DNA of 30,659 nucleotides from Candidatus Hermodarchaeota archaeon (lineage in GTDB: Archaea; Asgardarchaeota; Lokiarchaeia; Sigyniarchaeales; SOKP01). Shown piece by piece: positions 1 to 9,356 of this stretch. Where the stretch lies: NCBI GenBank assembly GCA_048885535.1, contig JBHLLO010000034.1, positions 1 through 30,659 on the forward strand, given 5' to 3'. How positions within the stretch are numbered: position 1 is the stretch's first letter; every line of letters starts with the position of its first letter. The notes below the pieces were generated by a model that saw only the letters and a list, made by a program, of their open reading frames with translations, did no database searches and had not been told where the DNA came from. A program made the position numbers and the translations under genes.

Positions 1-353
1 ATATCAACCGAATCGGATTCGAGCATTTCATTAGGCACAAGAGTTGGGTGCCACCCACCAATAATAGTCTTGGAGCCGTGGATTTTTGCTAAACTGGCGA
101 TTTTATAGGTAACATAAGCTTGAAAACTATAATTACAACTAATTCCAACATAATTCGGGCGAAATTTTTTGATCAGTTTTTCAACAACCATCAAATTTGC
201 TGATTTTAAACGATTATCGATTAAGCGAACTTCTGCCAAGTCTTCAATATAAGCCGCTATATATTCCAACCCTAAAGGAGGAAAGATATGACCGTAATTC
301 CATAATTTATAAGATCTAATTCCATAGTTTGGCATTATGAGAAGTACACGCAT
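1..353 (-). CDS. B12-binding domain radical SAM protein, N-terminal part (runs off the window; not in ORF track)
   Basis: Manual translation from ATG at 353: MRVLLIMPNYGIRSYKLWNYGHIFPPLGLEYIAAYIEDLAEVRLID...PNYVGISCNY...KTIIGGWHPTLVPNEML...VD. The PPLGLxYIAA, VGIS and GGxHPT motifs typify cobalamin-binding domains of B12-dependent radical SAM enzymes. The CxxxCxxC motif would lie outside the window. Confidence 0.85.
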   Translation of the reverse strand, partial: MRVLLIMPNYGIRSYKLWNYGHIFPPLGLEYIAAYIEDLAEVRLIDNRLKSANLMVVEKLIKKFRPNYVGISCNYSFQAYVTYKIASLAKIHGSKTIIGGWHPTLVPNEMLESDSVD

Positions 354-433
354 AAGATAACACACGAATCTAACTTGTCAGCAGTTCAAAAATATGACTA
401 TAATTTTTTTAGTATAAAATATTATTTTTTTTT

Positions 434-451
434 CTTTTATTTCTTATGATT
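434..451 (-). promoter_or_regulatory. Putative shared upstream motif, copy 1
   Basis: CTTTTATTTCTTATGATT matches 1862-1879 at 17 of 18 positions. Both copies lie about 70-100 nt upstream of a radical SAM start. Confidence 0.4.
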
Positions 452-551
452 GAACCAACTGAAAATTTCTTTAAAAATTTATAAATTTTTGGTTAAATTT
501 CAGAAAGTTCATGATTAAAAAGTTGACTAATCTATTAAAAGAAGTATAAAC

Positions 552-1793
552 TCACGATTTCTTACTTCTAATAATATTTCCTATAAAAAATCCTGCAAAT
601 TTTATATATAATAAAGCTATTGCAATACATATTTCTACGCTTTTCATAAACTTCGATACTGTCTCTGGAAACTCACTACTTCTTGTACCTTTTCTGCTTG
701 AATATATTAATGGAAAATAATAATGAAAGTAGCGTGTGGTTGATAGTGTTTTAAGGAAATCTTTAAATCTCGCACCAGGAAAACCGAATAAATAATGGGT
801 ATAAACCATTGTATTAGGTGAAATCTTTTTTAACATCGTAATAAAGTGAAAAATTTTTTCAAGATTATACTTACGATTCATAAGAGCTAATACTTTTTGT
901 GAACCACTCTGTATTGGTATATTAATATTGTCAATCTTGACTTTTCTAAATAGATGTAATAATTCTTTCCCAAATTTTTCAATCCATTTTGGATATAAAT
1001 AGTAAATACCTATTCCTATAGATGGGAATGACTTTCCTATTTGAAAAAGTAATTCGATAATGTTTGTTCCAATATCTATTCCATAACTACCGCAATCATC
1101 AGCAATAAGGTTAATATTTTTCTCTTTTTGCTCATCAATATGTTCTTCAATATCAAGTAATATCTCCTCAATAGGTCTTGAAATTATACTCTTTTTTGCT
1201 ATCTTAATAGCACAATAACTGCAATTCCCCATACAACCTTCTCCGATTTTCACAAAAAAATTCCCTTCTGCGAGGTGTCTCTCAGCAATTTTGTTGAAAG
1301 GAAATGGAGATAAATTTAATCTATTTAAAAAATGGGAGATAATCTTAAGAAATGAAACGTAGGAGTTGAATGTTGCTATTCGTCTCACTTTCATTCCAGA
1401 ATTTAAATATGTGAATACTTTATCATTAAAAAAAACTTTTTTTTGTTGGAATCTTTCCAAAGTAAAAAAATATTGATCTAAATCTTTTAAATTATCAATT
1501 ATTATGACATCATTATATTTAGCAATTCTATCTCTATTAATTTTTGTCAAACATCCAATAACAATTAATTTAACTTTTTTCTTCAGATTAATAAAATATT
1601 TTATTACTAGTTCAGAAGATTCTTCAAACCAATTTATAAATCCACATGTATTCAAGATGATAAAATCCGCTTTAGATTCATCATTAACTATTTGATGATT
1701 GTTTGATAGCAAATAATGATAAATTTGACCACTTTGGACGCAGCTTGGTCGACATCCAACGTTTAATGAACTTAATAACACTTTATATCTCAT
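552..1793 (-). CDS. MiaB/RimO-like (methylthiotransferase-type) radical SAM protein lacking a TRAM domain
   Basis: UPF0004-type N-terminus (GC...ADFIILNTCGF...IGCL), GCMGNCSYC radical SAM motif, SRPIEEI, DCGSYG and PIQSGSQKVLALMNRKY. Confidence 0.85.
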   Translation of the reverse strand: MRYKVLLSSLNVGCRPSCVQSGQIYHYLLSNNHQIVNDESKADFIILNTCGFINWFEESSELVIKYFINLKKKVKLIVIGCLTKINRDRIAKYNDVIIIDNLKDLDQYFFTLERFQQKKVFFNDKVFTYLNSGMKVRRIATFNSYVSFLKIISHFLNRLNLSPFPFNKIAERHLAEGNFFVKIGEGCMGNCSYCAIKIAKKSIISRPIEEILLDIEEHIDEQKEKNINLIADDCGSYGIDIGTNIIELLFQIGKSFPSIGIGIYYLYPKWIEKFGKELLHLFRKVKIDNINIPIQSGSQKVLALMNRKYNLEKIFHFITMLKKISPNTMVYTHYLFGFPGARFKDFLKTLSTTRYFHYYFPLIYSSRKGTRSSEFPETVSKFMKSVEICIAIALLYIKFAGFFIGNIIRSKKS

Positions 1794-1861
1794 CTAGCTC
1801 ACTAGCGTTTTGACAATATCAATTCCTTTTTCATTTTTAATACTTATATATTTATTTTTTA

Positions 1862-1879
1862 CTTTTATGTCTTATGATT
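1862..1879 (-). promoter_or_regulatory. Putative shared upstream motif, copy 2
   Basis: CTTTTATGTCTTATGATT; see copy 1 at 434-451. Confidence 0.4.
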
Positions 1880-1949
1880 AAGAAAATGGCTTTGAAAAGT
1901 ACCTTTTAAACGTGCTCCAAAAGGAGGTGTATCTGTAATAAAACAATTT

Positions 1950-3347
1950 TTATAGTTTATATCCATTATACTTGTCTAAAGAATAATATGCCCTATCAAT
2001 ATTCTCAAAAATCTGAACATCTACGGTTTTATCAAAGAAGATTACAATTTTATGATGCTCCTCATTAATTCTATTGAATGTGTATCTCAATTTTTCATTT
2101 GAGGCAACTTTTATTTTTTCTATTAAAGGAATATCTTCTTCTTGTTTCTCTTTGAACAAATTCTGGATTATTAGTATCTGGTTTTCATTTGAATGATTGA
2201 TAACTTGAATGTGGATTGAACAATTGTCTTCTTTCCAGGTATATTTAATAATATATTGATGATCTCTATCTCTCTTAAAAAATCTAATTTGATGAGGAGT
2301 TTTACAATTATCACAATGATTTAAATCTTTGTTCCAAATAATCGTCCTTCCACCCTTCCTGCTTACTAATAAATTGGAGCATTTAACACAATAACTATTT
2401 AAACCATCATCCATGAAGACATTCCCACTATATACATATTTAAGACCCTTGCCTATTGCGATTTGTCTTGCTAAATTTATATCTGACAATGGAGTTCTTG
2501 TTAAATTTAATAATTTATAGCTAGGGTGAAATCTAGCAAAATGTAAGGGTGTGTTTATTCCAAGGTTTTCTTTTACCCAATCTATCAATTTAATAAATTG
2601 TTCTCTACTATTATTTAAGCTAGGAATAACCAGATTACAAATCTCAATATGTTTGTTTAAGCTTTTAAGAATTTTAGCTGCATTTAATACAGGTTCAATA
2701 GATCCACCACAAAATTTTTGATAAAATTCATCCTCTATGGATTTCAATGATATACTAAAGATGTCAACATATCGGGCTAGATCTCTCAATGGGGCTTCAT
2801 TAACATAATGATTAGATTTAAATAGACTAATAATTCCCTCTTCTTTCGCAAGCTTAGCAGTATCAAGAACAAACTCAAACGAACTCATAGGATCATTGAA
2901 AGTCCATGATATAACTTTTATATCCAAACTTTTCGCTTTATTCACAATCTCTTCAGGAGAATAATAGTCAAAATAATTCCAGTTGATATCTTCCATTTTT
3001 TTTATTTTACTATATTGCCAAGCTTGGCAAAAACAACAATCAAGGTTACAGCTAACTGAACCAATAGCTAAGGCGTTCTCTCCAGGATAATAATGAAAAA
3101 CAGCATTAGTTTCAATAGGTTCTATAACCATATAAGTAGAAAGACCATAGTTTATATTAAATAATTGTCCATCTATGTTTTTCCGTACTTTACATAATCC
3201 AGTACTGTTTCTATTTATTCTACATCCATGAGGACATAATAAGCATTGGACTGTTTCCATCCCCAATTTTTTGAAATATCTGGAGTTTCCCAATCCTTTA
3301 AGTTGGTTTATTGAATCCTCTCTTTTTGAAACTAATGATTCTTTCAT
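1950..3347 (-). CDS. amrS: AmmeMemoRadiSam-type radical SAM enzyme with C-terminal extension
   Basis: CLLCPHGC...GLCKVRKN, EPIE..AVFHYYPG, CNLDCCFCQ, PLHFARFHPSYKL, YVYSGNV and CVKC motifs of the AmrS (PFL-activase-like) family. Confidence 0.85.
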   Translation of the reverse strand: MKESLVSKREDSINQLKGLGNSRYFKKLGMETVQCLLCPHGCRINRNSTGLCKVRKNIDGQLFNINYGLSTYMVIEPIETNAVFHYYPGENALAIGSVSCNLDCCFCQAWQYSKIKKMEDINWNYFDYYSPEEIVNKAKSLDIKVISWTFNDPMSSFEFVLDTAKLAKEEGIISLFKSNHYVNEAPLRDLARYVDIFSISLKSIEDEFYQKFCGGSIEPVLNAAKILKSLNKHIEICNLVIPSLNNSREQFIKLIDWVKENLGINTPLHFARFHPSYKLLNLTRTPLSDINLARQIAIGKGLKYVYSGNVFMDDGLNSYCVKCSNLLVSRKGGRTIIWNKDLNHCDNCKTPHQIRFFKRDRDHQYIIKYTWKEDNCSIHIQVINHSNENQILIIQNLFKEKQEEDIPLIEKIKVASNEKLRYTFNRINEEHHKIVIFFDKTVDVQIFENIDRAYYSLDKYNGYKL

Positions 3348-3494
3348 TATTACATTTAGATTGATTTTCTCATATTAACAATCTAATTTTATCTCTTTTC
3401 TATTTTAAGTTTTCCATAATTTTCTAACCTCAGAGTGATAAATCTTTAAATAGTTGATAAATTCAATTATTAATAGTTTAAATTAGACTACAAA

Positions 3495-3992
3495 TTGGTG
3501 TTAACTATTAAACAAGAGGAACCTATTAAAGCAATTGAGAGAAACATTAGAGCAGAGAATCTTGTTAGAGAAACTAAAGTACTTAATATTGCAAGATTAG
3601 CAAAAATGCTTGTAGACTTATTTGGATTAGATGAAGCATTCCAAAAAATTGGAAAAAAATTAGAGGGGCAAGAAATTGAAATGTATTTAAAAGAATTAGA
3701 TGGTTACATAACCTTCATATTAACTTCAGACAGACAAAAATTTGAATGCCATACTGAAAAAGCAAATAATCCTATCGCTAGGATTATTATTACTGTTAAA
3801 GAAGAAAAAATAATAATGGTTATTAGTAAGATAATTCGCTCTAAAGCCAACTTGTTTGGAATGATGAAGTTATTAAAATATATTCTTTTAGGTAAAACAA
3901 AGATTAAAGGTAGCTTAGGAGCTACATTAAAGTTAGTAAGATGTCTAATGATTGGTAAAAATGATGTATATAAAAAACGAAAGGAAGGGTAA
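3495..3992 (+). CDS. SCP2 sterol-carrier-like domain protein
   Basis: Small alpha/beta protein ending ILLGKTKIKGSLGATLKL, resembling the SCP2 G-K-x-K-I-x-G signature. TTG start, 5 nt before the dehydratase gene. Confidence 0.5.
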   Translation: MVLTIKQEEPIKAIERNIRAENLVRETKVLNIARLAKMLVDLFGLDEAFQKIGKKLEGQEIEMYLKELDGYITFILTSDRQKFECHTEKANNPIARIIITVKEEKIIMVISKIIRSKANLFGMMKLLKYILLGKTKIKGSLGATLKLVRCLMIGKNDVYKKRKEG

Positions 3993-3997
3993 TTTTT

Positions 3998-5149
3998 ATG
4001 AGTTTAGAAAATGATCCCTTCTTAACGATTTCGAATTCTATAATAAATTCCCATATTAAGGAATGGCAAAAGTCTAAGAAAAAAGTAGTAGGATTTTATT
4101 GTACATATATTCCTGAGGAGTTACTCTATGCCGCAGATCTATTACCCTTTCGAATCAGAGCAACTGGAACGAAGGATACTGATCGGGGAGATGTATATAT
4201 GGTCAGATTTACATGTTCTTTTGTAAGAGCAACTTTAGATCTGGCTTTAAGAGGCGGTTATGATTTTCTTGATGGGTTTCTAGTATGTAATAGTTGTGAT
4301 CATAGCAGAAGGATGTTTGAATTATTTGATTTGAAAGTATTTAATAGGCATAATTTTAATAAAAAGGTTCTACAATTCTACTTAGCTTTACCACACGTGA
4401 TTACAAATGAAGGTTTCGAATGGTATAAAAAGGAAGTAGAAGAATTAAAAGAAGAATTGGAGAAATCCTTTCAAATTAAACAAATTACTGATGAGAAATT
4501 ACTAGAATCAATTAAAATTTATAATGAAAATAGGAGATTACTCAGAGAAATTCATAAATTGAGAGTACTAGAAGCACCTAAATTAACAGGAACAGAAGCC
4601 CTACAAATCAACATGGCGAACTCTTCTGTTCCAAAAGTTATAGCCAATAAGGAATTAAATAGGTTACTCAATATTTTAAAAAACAGTGAATCTATAGACG
4701 TAAGCAACAAAAAGAGAGTACTTTTAGTAGGAAGTGTAGTAGATAATATTGAATTTACTCAGCTAATTGAAAATTCAGGCGCGTTTATTGCATCAGATTT
4801 TCTGTGTTTTGGAACTCGTAATTTCATGGATGACATTCAATTAACTAATCATGAGGACCCCCTAGAAAATATAATTAAACGACTCTATTACAGGCTTTCC
4901 TGTCCAAGGATGATGGATGATCATTTTAGACGCTTAGATTTCATAAAAGATGAAATAAACCGCGCTAAAATAGAGGGTGTGATTTTACAGAGAATTAATA
5001 ATTGTGATCTTCATGGTTGTGATAACATGCTTCTTTATCATGAACTGAAAAATTTGGATATCCCTGTATTGAATATAGATCGAGAATTCTATCAATCAGA
5101 TACTACTCGCCTACAAACTAGAATTGAAGCCTTCATTGAAATGATTTAA
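3998..5149 (+). CDS. 2-hydroxyacyl-CoA dehydratase / benzoyl-CoA reductase family subunit (HgdB/BcrC-like)
   Basis: VVGFYCTYIPEELLYAA, CSFVR, NSCDHSRR, CPRM, CDLH and TRIEAFIEMI are HGD-D family motifs. Confidence 0.9.
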   Translation: MSLENDPFLTISNSIINSHIKEWQKSKKKVVGFYCTYIPEELLYAADLLPFRIRATGTKDTDRGDVYMVRFTCSFVRATLDLALRGGYDFLDGFLVCNSCDHSRRMFELFDLKVFNRHNFNKKVLQFYLALPHVITNEGFEWYKKEVEELKEELEKSFQIKQITDEKLLESIKIYNENRRLLREIHKLRVLEAPKLTGTEALQINMANSSVPKVIANKELNRLLNILKNSESIDVSNKKRVLLVGSVVDNIEFTQLIENSGAFIASDFLCFGTRNFMDDIQLTNHEDPLENIIKRLYYRLSCPRMMDDHFRRLDFIKDEINRAKIEGVILQRINNCDLHGCDNMLLYHELKNLDIPVLNIDREFYQSDTTRLQTRIEAFIEMI

Positions 5150-5174
5150 AAATATTTGAAAAATAGTGTAGCTA

Positions 5175-6464
5175 ATGGTAGATAAAATAAAGAATGAAAA
5201 TAGAATAATCCCTTATAAAATGCTTTATGAGGCGGTGTCTTATACTTATGGCTTAGTTGAAGGCATACTTCCTGATCATGGTATACCCTCCTTAAAATTA
5301 GGTTTAGGATATATTAAATCTGTCATGGAAAATAATATCGAGAAAGCCAGAGAAGGGTTTCCCATTATCGGCCATCATTTTTCGTTCCCAACTGAGTTTT
5401 TATCTTGTTTTGATTGTGTACCTATTTGCATTGAATCCACCTCTTACTTATTAGCAGCGTTATTACCAAATGGTTCTGAGCCATACTATGATTTAATTAC
5501 TAACTGGGGTCATCCGTTTCATACTTGTACTTCTCAAAAAGGCACAATGGGAATGACTCTTGACGATTTATTTAAGTTTGATGCAGTTATTACTCCAACG
5601 GCCCCATGTGATAATACTTATGCGTCCTATCCCTTCTTTAGATATCATAAAAATATCCCTGTAATCACTCCTGATTTACCGTTTTTAAAGGCTGAAAAAA
5701 GTTATTTTTATCATGGAGATCAAATAAAATTAGGATTAGAACAACTTGGAAAAGTGATTGGACAAGAGCCTAATTATAATAAATTACAGGAAGCTCTAGA
5801 AATAGAAAATCAAACAACAAAAATGCAATTAGAAATTTTTGAATTGAAAAAGGCAAAACCATGTCCAGTTGAGAATATGTTTAATGTAATGGCTGCAGCT
5901 GCTCAAATTTATTTATCTGGGCAAATGGAAAAGTTGGATTTTTACGAAAATATGCTTGAAATTGCAAAAAAGAGATATAAAAACAAAGAACATCATGCTG
6001 GAGAAGAAAAGATAAGAAGTATTTGGCCCTATATGATCGTATTTTTTGATTTAGCGCTTTGTGAATGGTTAGATCGCCACCTTGGAATGTCGGTGTTATT
6101 CGATATTTTTAATTACAATTTTGCTGACCCAATTAATACTAAATCAGATTTAGAAACGATGTTTTATGGTATGGCTAGAAAGGCAATGGAAGCCCCAATG
6201 ACTAAACAGAGTGCTGAATTCTATTATCCCTTTATAGAAGAGTGCTTAAAATTAGCAAGGGACTATTATGCTGATTGTTTTATCTTTACTTCGCACTTAG
6301 GCTGCAAGCAATTCGGCAGTATAGGACAGCTTCTCAGGGAATCACTTAGAGATGAGATTGGTATTCCAATGCTCTTGATTGATTTAGATGTTGGTGATGC
6401 ACGTTTTACCTCTGAGAAAATTATTAGAGAAAAAATAAAGTTATTCGCTCAGACACTTCTATGA
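5175..6464 (+). CDS. 2-hydroxyacyl-CoA dehydratase / benzoyl-CoA reductase family subunit (HgdA/BcrB-like)
   Basis: HTCTSQKG, PCD, KPCP, HLGCKQ and GIPMLLIDLDVGDARF; tandem with the preceding subunit. Confidence 0.88.
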   Translation: MVDKIKNENRIIPYKMLYEAVSYTYGLVEGILPDHGIPSLKLGLGYIKSVMENNIEKAREGFPIIGHHFSFPTEFLSCFDCVPICIESTSYLLAALLPNGSEPYYDLITNWGHPFHTCTSQKGTMGMTLDDLFKFDAVITPTAPCDNTYASYPFFRYHKNIPVITPDLPFLKAEKSYFYHGDQIKLGLEQLGKVIGQEPNYNKLQEALEIENQTTKMQLEIFELKKAKPCPVENMFNVMAAAAQIYLSGQMEKLDFYENMLEIAKKRYKNKEHHAGEEKIRSIWPYMIVFFDLALCEWLDRHLGMSVLFDIFNYNFADPINTKSDLETMFYGMARKAMEAPMTKQSAEFYYPFIEECLKLARDYYADCFIFTSHLGCKQFGSIGQLLRESLRDEIGIPMLLIDLDVGDARFTSEKIIREKIKLFAQTLL

Positions 6465-6542
6465 TGAAACAATTCGTATAGTTTTTTTGTTTTAATTTAC
6501 TTCATTATTAAATAATAATTTCTATTTATAGGTAATAGACAG

Positions 6543-7058
6543 TTGAGAGAAGATTTATCTGATTTTTCCAGAGATGAATTGCTGAATTATATTGAGCATC
6601 TTTCCAAGTTGTGGTTAGCAATTGATGGTACGTGGTTTCAAGCTATCGAGGAAGAGTATGGGCTTGAGAAAGCGATAGATATTGATACAAAACAATGGAA
6701 AAGATTTACTGTTATTGAAGCTAAAAGAATCATGGCACTCCTAAATATTCCCAAGAATGGAGGGATTTCCGCTTTAATTAGAGCTCTAAAATTTAGAGTA
6801 TATTCTAATATTAATGAGCAGGAAATTATTGAAGTCACCCAAAATAGATGTGTATTTCGAATGAATAATTGTAGGGTTCAATTTGCTCGTAAAAGCAAAA
6901 ATCTACCAGATTTTCCTTGTAAATCTGTTGGACTGCTAGAGTATAGTGAATTTGCTAAAACAATAGATCCTCGAATTCAAACAAAATGTATTTGTTGTCC
7001 TCCAGATCCTCATCCAAATGAATATTATTGTTCATGGGAATTTAATCTTAAAGAATAA
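6543..7058 (+). CDS. DUF6125-like Cys-containing protein (V4R/ATC-hydrolase-like fold)
   Basis: WLAIDGTWFQAIE, CRVQFARKSK..PDFPCK, FAKTIDPRI...CCPPD...CSWEF. Confidence 0.75.
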   Translation: MREDLSDFSRDELLNYIEHLSKLWLAIDGTWFQAIEEEYGLEKAIDIDTKQWKRFTVIEAKRIMALLNIPKNGGISALIRALKFRVYSNINEQEIIEVTQNRCVFRMNNCRVQFARKSKNLPDFPCKSVGLLEYSEFAKTIDPRIQTKCICCPPDPHPNEYYCSWEFNLKE

Positions 7059-7173
7059 TTATTCTAATTTATAATAGAATCCCATTCTTGAATATCCTAA
7101 TCTATTTATATTATACCAATTTCATTTTAATTATTAAAATAATAATTATTGAGAAAAAAGTTGAGAGAATGAA

Positions 7174-8196
7174 ATGTTTAATAAGTCTCATTGCAGTGAA
7201 TGTGAAAATGTTGATTGTTTGACCTGCTGTCAATGGATAGAATTTGAAAATATAGAAGATGCGCGTTCAGAAAAGAATAAACTAATTAATGGAGAAAATT
7301 CCAGAGTATTATCAGAATGCGTTACTTGTTTTGCCTGTGATGAATATTGTCCATATGACTCTCACCCGTTTGATTTAATTACAGAATTACAAGAAAAATA
7401 TAATTCATTAGGTATAAATCCAACGGTTTTAGAAGGAACTATTAAGCAATTTACGCCTCATGAACAACTGAGATTAAAAGAAATTGACCCTAGTAAACCA
7501 GTCTTAAACAAATGTACTTTTGGTAGAATAAATGCTGAGAATATGAAAGGGCGGATCTATGAGAACCTCCAATATGTAAGTGGACTTGATTTCTTTTGTA
7601 ATTTAATGTATCATCATTATGCCCGAGATTCAGTTCTTAAAGAAAGAGCTCCAATAATCTTGAACAATATTGAAAAGCAAGGTATTAAAGAAATGATCTG
7701 CTATCATGATGAATGCTATGGCTTCTATGCATCATATTGTCCACGTAATAATATAGCTCTCCCTAAAGATTTCAAGCCTATTCATATATACGAATACCTC
7801 TATAGATATTTAAAAGAGCATGAAGTAGATATAATGAAACTAAATATGAAAATTGCATATCAGAGATCGTGTTCTAATCGGTTTATCCCGGAGATTGAGG
7901 AATGGGCAGATAAAATCTTTGAATTAATAGGCGTAGAAAGAGTATCCAGGAAATATGATAGAGAAAATGCAATGTGTTGTGGGGGGATCCTAGGTACATT
8001 GAATAAAGCAGCTTTAATTAGAAAAGTCCAGACGGATAATATTAATGATATGATAGAACATGGAGCCGAAGTATGTGTGTATAATTGTCCTATGTGTAAA
8101 GAAGCCCTTGGGGCAAAGGCTTCAAGAAAAGGACTAAAAAATTATCTTTTAAGTGATTTATGTCGACTAGCTTTAGGAGAAGAACTTAATTATTAA
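7174..8196 (+). CDS. Fe-S/CCG-domain oxidoreductase (HdrD/GlpC-like)
   Basis: CVTCFACDEYCP ferredoxin motif, YQRSC, AMCCGG and NCPMC. Confidence 0.85.
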   Translation: MFNKSHCSECENVDCLTCCQWIEFENIEDARSEKNKLINGENSRVLSECVTCFACDEYCPYDSHPFDLITELQEKYNSLGINPTVLEGTIKQFTPHEQLRLKEIDPSKPVLNKCTFGRINAENMKGRIYENLQYVSGLDFFCNLMYHHYARDSVLKERAPIILNNIEKQGIKEMICYHDECYGFYASYCPRNNIALPKDFKPIHIYEYLYRYLKEHEVDIMKLNMKIAYQRSCSNRFIPEIEEWADKIFELIGVERVSRKYDRENAMCCGGILGTLNKAALIRKVQTDNINDMIEHGAEVCVYNCPMCKEALGAKASRKGLKNYLLSDLCRLALGEELNY

Positions 8197-8322
8197 AATT
8201 ACGCAAAACCGATTTAAAATTACTAATAAAAACTAGAAATTTTCAAACAATAAAAAAAATTTTTATCTTACAAAACATAAAACAAACTAAGATTCGATTA
8301 TAATATAAATAGGAATAATATT

Positions 8323-8739
8323 ATGTCTGAAGAAGAAATTAGAACCAAAATTAGCGATTTAAAAGATGATATAACTCGTATAGAAGAAGACGCTACTAAG
8401 AAGGAAGCAAATGCTGAGAAAGAGATAGAAGAAGATTGGGATCATAGAATAAATGATACTAAATCAAACTTAGAAACAGCTCAAACTGATTTAAAAGAGG
8501 CTATTGAGAAGTCAAGTGAGTGGGTTTCTAAGAAAAATAGATTGACAGTGGAAGTAAAATCATTAAAAAAAGAACACGAAAACTTAATCAAAGGTAAGGA
8601 TAAAGCTTTAAAAGATAAATTAACAAATATTGAAAAAGAAAAAAAATCAAACATCAAAACAAAAGAGAAAGATATTAGTACTTTGGAGAAACAATTAGAA
8701 AAGCTAGAGAATGAAAAGCTGAAACAGAAATTAAGTTAG
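8323..8739 (+). CDS. Hypothetical coiled-coil protein
   Basis: 138 aa, K/E-rich heptad pattern throughout; AGGA upstream of the ATG. Confidence 0.7.
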   Translation: MSEEEIRTKISDLKDDITRIEEDATKKEANAEKEIEEDWDHRINDTKSNLETAQTDLKEAIEKSSEWVSKKNRLTVEVKSLKKEHENLIKGKDKALKDKLTNIEKEKKSNIKTKEKDISTLEKQLEKLENEKLKQKLS

Positions 8740-8798
8740 ATTTCCTAATGCTTTGATTTTTTATTAATTTTTTATTTTATATTTACTAATTTTAGATA

Positions 8799-9344
8799 AT
8801 GATATTATTAACTGGTTTTGAAAAATTTGGGCAATATTCTAGAAATCTGAGTAAGGAGCTTGTAAAGTTCTTTCCAGATAAAGTTCAAAATCATGCTTTA
8901 ATAAAAAAAGTTTTACCAGTTAGTTGGAATAGATGCATTAAAGTATATAAAAGTACTATTAAAAGAATTAAATATAAATTGGTAGTGTTAACAGGAATTT
9001 ATTCTGGCAAAAAAATTTTAATAGAAAGATTTGCGTGGAATTTTGCTTTTGGATTAGATAATTATCATAAATTCAAATTCAGTTTTATTCGGCTAATGAA
9101 GCCAATTAGGTTAAAGACTATTATCAATGTATCAGAAATATCGAGTAGAGTCCAAAAACTTGATAAAATATCTATTTCAAGTTATCCAGGAATATACTTG
9201 TGTAATTTCTTATATTATTGGGCTTTACATTTAGCAAAAGGAATTTATCCCGTAATTTTTCTACATATACCTGCTAAAGCAAATATTGAAACTATAAAAA
9301 TTAGAGTTTATAATATAATTATAGATATCCTGAAACAGATATAA
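8799..9344 (+). CDS. pcp: Pyroglutamyl-peptidase I (peptidase C15)
   Basis: ILLTGFEKFG, LPVSW, IERFAWN (Glu), GIYLCNF (Cys) and FLHIP (His) give the complete catalytic triad. Confidence 0.88.
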   Translation: MILLTGFEKFGQYSRNLSKELVKFFPDKVQNHALIKKVLPVSWNRCIKVYKSTIKRIKYKLVVLTGIYSGKKILIERFAWNFAFGLDNYHKFKFSFIRLMKPIRLKTIINVSEISSRVQKLDKISISSYPGIYLCNFLYYWALHLAKGIYPVIFLHIPAKANIETIKIRVYNIIIDILKQI

Positions 9345-9356
9345 AGAATCATAAAA

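Noticed and set aside
1802-1834. 10-codon minus-strand ORF MKKELILSKR resembling the AmrS N-terminus (MKESLVSKR); considered as a RiPP precursor or uORF
   Set aside because: Too short to distinguish from chance, out of frame with the downstream gene, and with no modifiable core.
6462-6467. TGA-TGA ending the dehydratase gene, and other TGA stops (552, 11076, 14060, 16380, 19045, 26045), as possible Sec codons
   Set aside because: The proteins look complete, and I found no Cys-aligned paralog or in-register SECIS-like hairpin behind them.
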